The notes below the pieces were generated by a model. It made no database searches. It was not told where the DNA came from and saw only the letters and a program-made list of their open reading frames with translations. A stretch of 64,000 nt of DNA, from positions 1 through 64,000 of the forward strand of contig QPGO01000194.1 of the NCBI GenBank assembly GCA_008632985.1. Reading direction: 5' to 3'. The number at the start of each line of letters is the position of its first letter. Positions within the stretch are counted from its first letter, which is position 1. This stretch comes from Psammoneis japonica. Taxonomy: Eukaryota. A program made the translations under genes and the position numbers. Positions 59,320-64,000 of this stretch are shown piece by piece.

Positions 59320-61203
59320 ATGACTTCACCTCAGGGACTATCCCGCGTTCAAAGGGAGCTGCTTGAGCTCCGAGAGAAAGGTCTCGCAACAAACCAGCGC
59401 GACAAGTACAAAGACTGTAAGTTTTTCTGCAACTCGCAGTGCGACAAGAACACACTTGTTCTAGGAATTTCGATTCACTGATCTGACTTGGAATATTATC
59501 TCTCTGCTTAGTGACGGGAGCGGTAACAACTCCTGAAGAGGCAGCTGCGTTCTTGGCAGCCATGCGTGACAAAAGTCGTAGTGGCGCACGAGTGCAACCT
59601 CCCGCGAATCTGTCGGCGGATGGGTACGATGCATGGTTTTTGCAACAGAAGGCACGTGAGAGGGAACTCAAGAGGAAGCGCCAGGAAGCAGAGGCATTGT
59701 TGCATGGATATCGTTCATCTCTGTCACACCAGAAGCTTCGAGTGAAAGATGATGGAAGAGATGCAACCGCCATATCGCATCAAGTTTCTCAGGAGGACGG
59801 AGGAGAAATGAATGCGCTTGATGAAAACGACAGTTGGGTTGAATTCGACGATACAGACTTTTGTGAAGGAATAGGAAAGATTGACTTGTCAGCTTTTGAT
59901 AGTCAGAACGATGGCGATGCAGAGCGAGATTTCAAAGGCGTGGCTGCGTTTGACAACACACCCCGTGAAAATCGTGTTGCATTTGAAGAGTTTCCTCCAT
60001 CTGGTGCCGATTTCAGTACGCCCACTAATACTACTGTTGATGAAAAAACACCGGAATCTTCCGATGATAGACCACGCAAGAAGGAAAAGCCGGTTCCGAC
60101 CCCAGCGAAACATCTGATACCCGACGACACTGAATGGAGAGAGTGGGTCAGCTCAAGTAAGTGCTCTAATTTTGTTATTCTTGACAACGTGGCTGATTAG
60201 GGATTCGAATCACTCAGTATGATCTCGTTTGTGTATTATAGCGAAAGGAGCACGGTTCCCTGCTGAAAGCGGGAGGTACCATCTCTACGTTTCGTTTGCA
60301 GACCCAGGATCGCACCGCGTTCTCATAATTCGAGCCCTGAAGGGCCTGGAAGATGCCATTTCTGTTACTGTTGTGCACCCGACTTGGAGACGAACTCGAC
60401 CGGATGATCCCGATGATGGACACAGGGGTTGGATTTTCGGCGACCCGGACGGCGATCCATTCACAAACACAGCCGGGCGTGGTGGACCGTTTCCAGCGTC
60501 TTACCCAGGCACCGACCCCGACCCCATATTCAACGCTTACAGCATCAAAGAAATTTACGAGAATGCGGGAGACACGGCGAAACGGTACACTGTGCCAATT
60601 TTGTGGGACAAGGTCAAATCCACAATTGTCAACAACGAGTCTTCGGATATCGCTTACATGCTCAACTCTCGGTTCAACGATTTTGCAAAGAATGCCGATT
60701 TGGACCTTTACACTGAAGCGGAAGAAGAAAAAGTAGACGAGATTGACGACTGGATTCAACCCTTAATGATCAATGGAGTGTATCGTTGTGGCTTTGCGAA
60801 AACACAGGAGGACTACGAAAAAGCTATTACGGAATTGACCGATGCGTTTGACCGGGCAGAGTCAGTTCTCGACAAGCAACGATTTCTTGTGGGCGACACG
60901 CTGACGGATGTTGACGTCCGGTTGTTTGTCAGCTTGTTCCGGTTTGACGAGGTGTACGCGTTTTACTTCAAGACTAATACGCGTCTCGTAATGCTTTCTC
61001 CAACGCTTCTGAACTACTGTCGGGATATATTTCAAATGGAGGGTATCGCTGAAACTTGTGATATGGAACAGATAAAGGCTCACTTTTTTGGTAGTCACGC
61101 GGAGTTGAACAAATTCTCTATCATTCCCCGTGGCTTGGGTTTCACGAAGCTCCTCAATGAACCTCATAATCGGGTTGACATGGTCGACACATCAAGTACA
61201 TAA
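59320..61203 (+). CDS. Second GS-HQR/ECM4 paralog with long N-terminal extension and altered active site (DPGS in place of CPWA)
   Basis: Introns 59418-59511 and ~60157-60241 join the ORFs in frame. RYHLYVSFADPGSHR, TVPILWD, NESSDI, NGVYRCGFA. Confidence 0.85.
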
Positions 61204-61449
61204 ACTTTCAATTTTCAGATCGACATTATCTTGTGACGATCATCGACGCTTAGGCCCCTCTACTATAGGTTGTAGCTAAGCCTCTTCTAAGATCGCGGGA
61301 GTAAGTCGGGCCATCCGTCCGCGCCAAGGGCGTGACCTGTCATTAGTTTGGCCGATGTCCATAACTTTCCCGACGTACGGTGTACATGCAGGAGAGGATG
61401 CGGGGAGGCAAGATGAACAGTCATTTGTCGAACACGCATGTCCACGACA

Positions 61450-64000
61450 GCCGTAGTTTGAGACAATCCGAAATCATTTTGTGACATCGTTGTGTCTCAA
61501 ACTATTTGGTTTGAAAGAAACTGGTTTGAGACAAAATGCTTGTAGACAACTGCTGTCTCAAACTGCACAGTTTGGATGAGACAACTCAAGGCTGAAAGAA
61601 GCCAGTGTTGCCTGTTCCATTGTTCCAGTGCCCATGAGGCAAGACCATGGCATCGTGGATGTGAGAGGCATTGGTGTGAGATCCTGTCATTCATGTGATT
61701 GGTTTTCTTCACAACGGCATTGTTCCCCAAGTTGTCCCAAGCAAGAGAAATGAGGAGTGTGGTCCCCAAGCCATGATGGCAGGAACAACATCTTTCCCCA
61801 AGTGGCCCCAGGAGAAATGAGGAGTTGGGTCCCTGCCCCCTGAACCAATGGCAAAAACTGCACATGGTCAAAGGACACTGCACATGGCCAAGAATGTCAT
61901 GTGCCACATCTGTGTGGGCCTCAAGGGCAAAACTGGAAGATGGCAGTGGTGGTGCTCCAGCAAACAGGAATTTCTTGGCCTTGCAATGGTTTCAAGCATG
62001 GACAGCTCTGTGGCTTTGTCACCAACATGGGAGTTGGGCCACACTGTTGGTGCCTTTTAGGATGAGCAGCACAGGAATGCTGTTGGCAACAACAGCATGA
62101 CTTGCAAGTGGATTGTCCAACCCTGGTGCTGGAATGGACAGGTGCAGAACTTTCAGCATGATGGAGCTTGGGACCACCACAAGAGCCACCGGGTGGCAAG
62201 GATGGACGCAAGCTCAGGGGCTTCCCATGGTGGACATTTGGTGGACACAACACAAAGGGCTGCAAGATGCTCATCAATGTGGGTGGGAGCCAGTGGAGAT
62301 CACCAGTCTACAAAGAGAGAGGTTCAAGAGGTGACATGGAGAGAGCTTTTCCCAAAGGCAAAGTTCCTTGTCAAGGCAGACATGGCAAGCAGTGGCAAAG
62401 TGTCATGGCTCATGCGGAAAAAGATGGCTGGTGGCAGTTTCAGCAAGGACAGGATTGCAGGAAGACTGGGCAAAGAAGAAAGGAGTGCATTGTGAATGCA
62501 GTCAATGCAAAAAGGAACACTGTCACTCAGACGACAATGGAGAGTGCAATGGCTGGCAAGTGTTTTGTGATGCACGGCATGTTGAGTGAAGTGATGCTTA
62601 ACACGACCCTTCTTTGGTGCAGTTGTGAGATGACAGAGCAGCAAGCCAAGGAATTGTGCAGTCAGAAGAGAGCTGCTGCAGAAAACCAAAGGAGGAAGAG
62701 GAAGAAGAAGGCACAAGTGGAGGATGAAGAACCGCTCCTCCTGGCAACTTGGGATGATGAGACAGTGGACACCATTGTGGGGGAGAAGTGAAAGAACAAG
62801 GAAGCATGTGCATGGTTCTACAATGACATCCTTAAATTCATGAAGACTGCAGTGTGGAGAAAGAAGGTGGAGCCGGGTGAGACCAAGGCTCCAGATCTAA
62901 CTGTGGCAAGCAACAAGGCTCTGGGGCTGCTGACATTGGAAAACCACTGGAAGATTTGGGAGCACAAGGCCCTTCATGACAAGATTGTTGGAGGGGGGGC
63001 AGACACAGGGGACAAAGAGGAGGTGCAGTTGAAGCCATCACCCAACTGCATGGACCCAATGCAACAGCGTGACTCATGGAGTGATGAAGGAACACTGTGG
63101 TTCAACACCCCACTTGAGCAAGTGAAGGAGGGCAGGGCAAGTGGGGAAGGTGTGCAGTTCAACACACATGGTGCAGCAGCAGCGAGAAGAGGGAGAGCAA
63201 TGAAAAGGGCAAGGGAGCAAAAAAGAAGAAAATGCTGGTGGAGAAGGAGGCAAGGAAACAGGCAACAACAGAGCTTTCTAGTGACAATGAGGAGGACAAG
63301 GAAAAGAGGAAATGGAAAAGGACCAGAGCAACAAGGACAGCAAAGAAGAGGAAGAAGGAATTGAAACATTGACCAAGAATGAAGAAGATGAAAAAATGGG
63401 GCAAACTCTGGTGCAGTGAGGGAGCAGAGCCTGTTGTCAATGTGAGATTGGAAAACAGCAAAGCAATGCATTGGTGTTCATTGAAAACATTTACAAACTG
63501 GGAATGCAGCAATTCAGTGTTCATTGAGAGATGTTTCATGCTGTGGATTGACAAACAACTTGTGCCACACATTCCAAAAACAACATTGAATGTGTTTGTT
63601 GGCATCAATTGTTTTTGTCAAAAGGCTTTTTAAAGTCAAAAGTCTGCGGGCAAACAAGGAAGGCAATCTGAAGGGGAAATGGGGTGCATTTTCACAGTTG
63701 GTGGTTTTGTCTCATGGGACATGATGGTGGGGCTCCACAGCAACATTTTTTGTCTTTCATGTTTGATGAATTGTCACCACACACACAACTGTCAAGGTTT
63801 GAAACAATGGAATTTTGTGCTGCAATGGATTAAAAAATGACTGGGAGCAAGGTGGTCTGGATCACAGCAGTGCATGCTCTGATGAGGTTGGTTGGTGCTG
63901 TCATGGGGTTGTTTGCTTTGCTCTGGAGTTTGGAAGTTCAAATCTAATCTTGTTGGGGATGAGGTGACAAGGGGCCACAATGCCACAAGCAAGATCAACC
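61450..64000. mobile_element. Decayed repeat/probable DNA transposon block, TpA- and CpG-depleted, with degraded + strand ORF (~62300-63360)
   Basis: Abrupt loss of TA and CG after ~61550. Clustered tttgagaca motifs in both orientations at the edge. Protein-like remnants RELFPKAKF, LGLLTLENHW, WSDEG..WFN. Confidence 0.6.

Overview
Eukaryotic DNA, very probably a diatom: GT-AG introns, ASAFAP-type bipartite plastid presequences and a diatom-style Ty1/copia element. The window has three compartments. (1) 1-~28320 is a nested repeat block with dispersed duplications, a 114-bp palindrome-rich tandem array and a full-length copia-type LTR retrotransposon (11331-18168, minus strand). (2) ~28650-61200 is gene-dense, with about 16 genes (HIS7, LRR protein, xylitol-dehydrogenase-like SDR, lactonase, Trx z-like, SUV3, metallophosphoesterase, RING-H2, TMEM184, DDHD PLA1, two GS-HQR/ECM4 paralogs, EDR2-like, DIM1 and two unknowns). 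(3) ~61450-64000 is a second decayed repeat block. The main signal is that repetitive DNA has lost almost all TpA, converted to TpG or CpA (A:T->G:C on either strand), and the survivors sit mostly in TTA/TAA. In the retrotransposon this turns conserved Tyr into Cys/His, Ile into Met/Thr, Leu into Pro/Ser and Val into Ala (RT YVDD reads HVDD) while CpG is still abundant. It resembles a repeat-targeted hypermutation running opposite to fungal RIP. It has sharp borders and also marks an isolated ~0.86-kb island among the genes. No enzyme that could cause it is encoded here. Several host genes carry single-base deletions that look like long-read assembly errors, so short-read confirmation is needed. 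All counts are by hand and no database searches were run.
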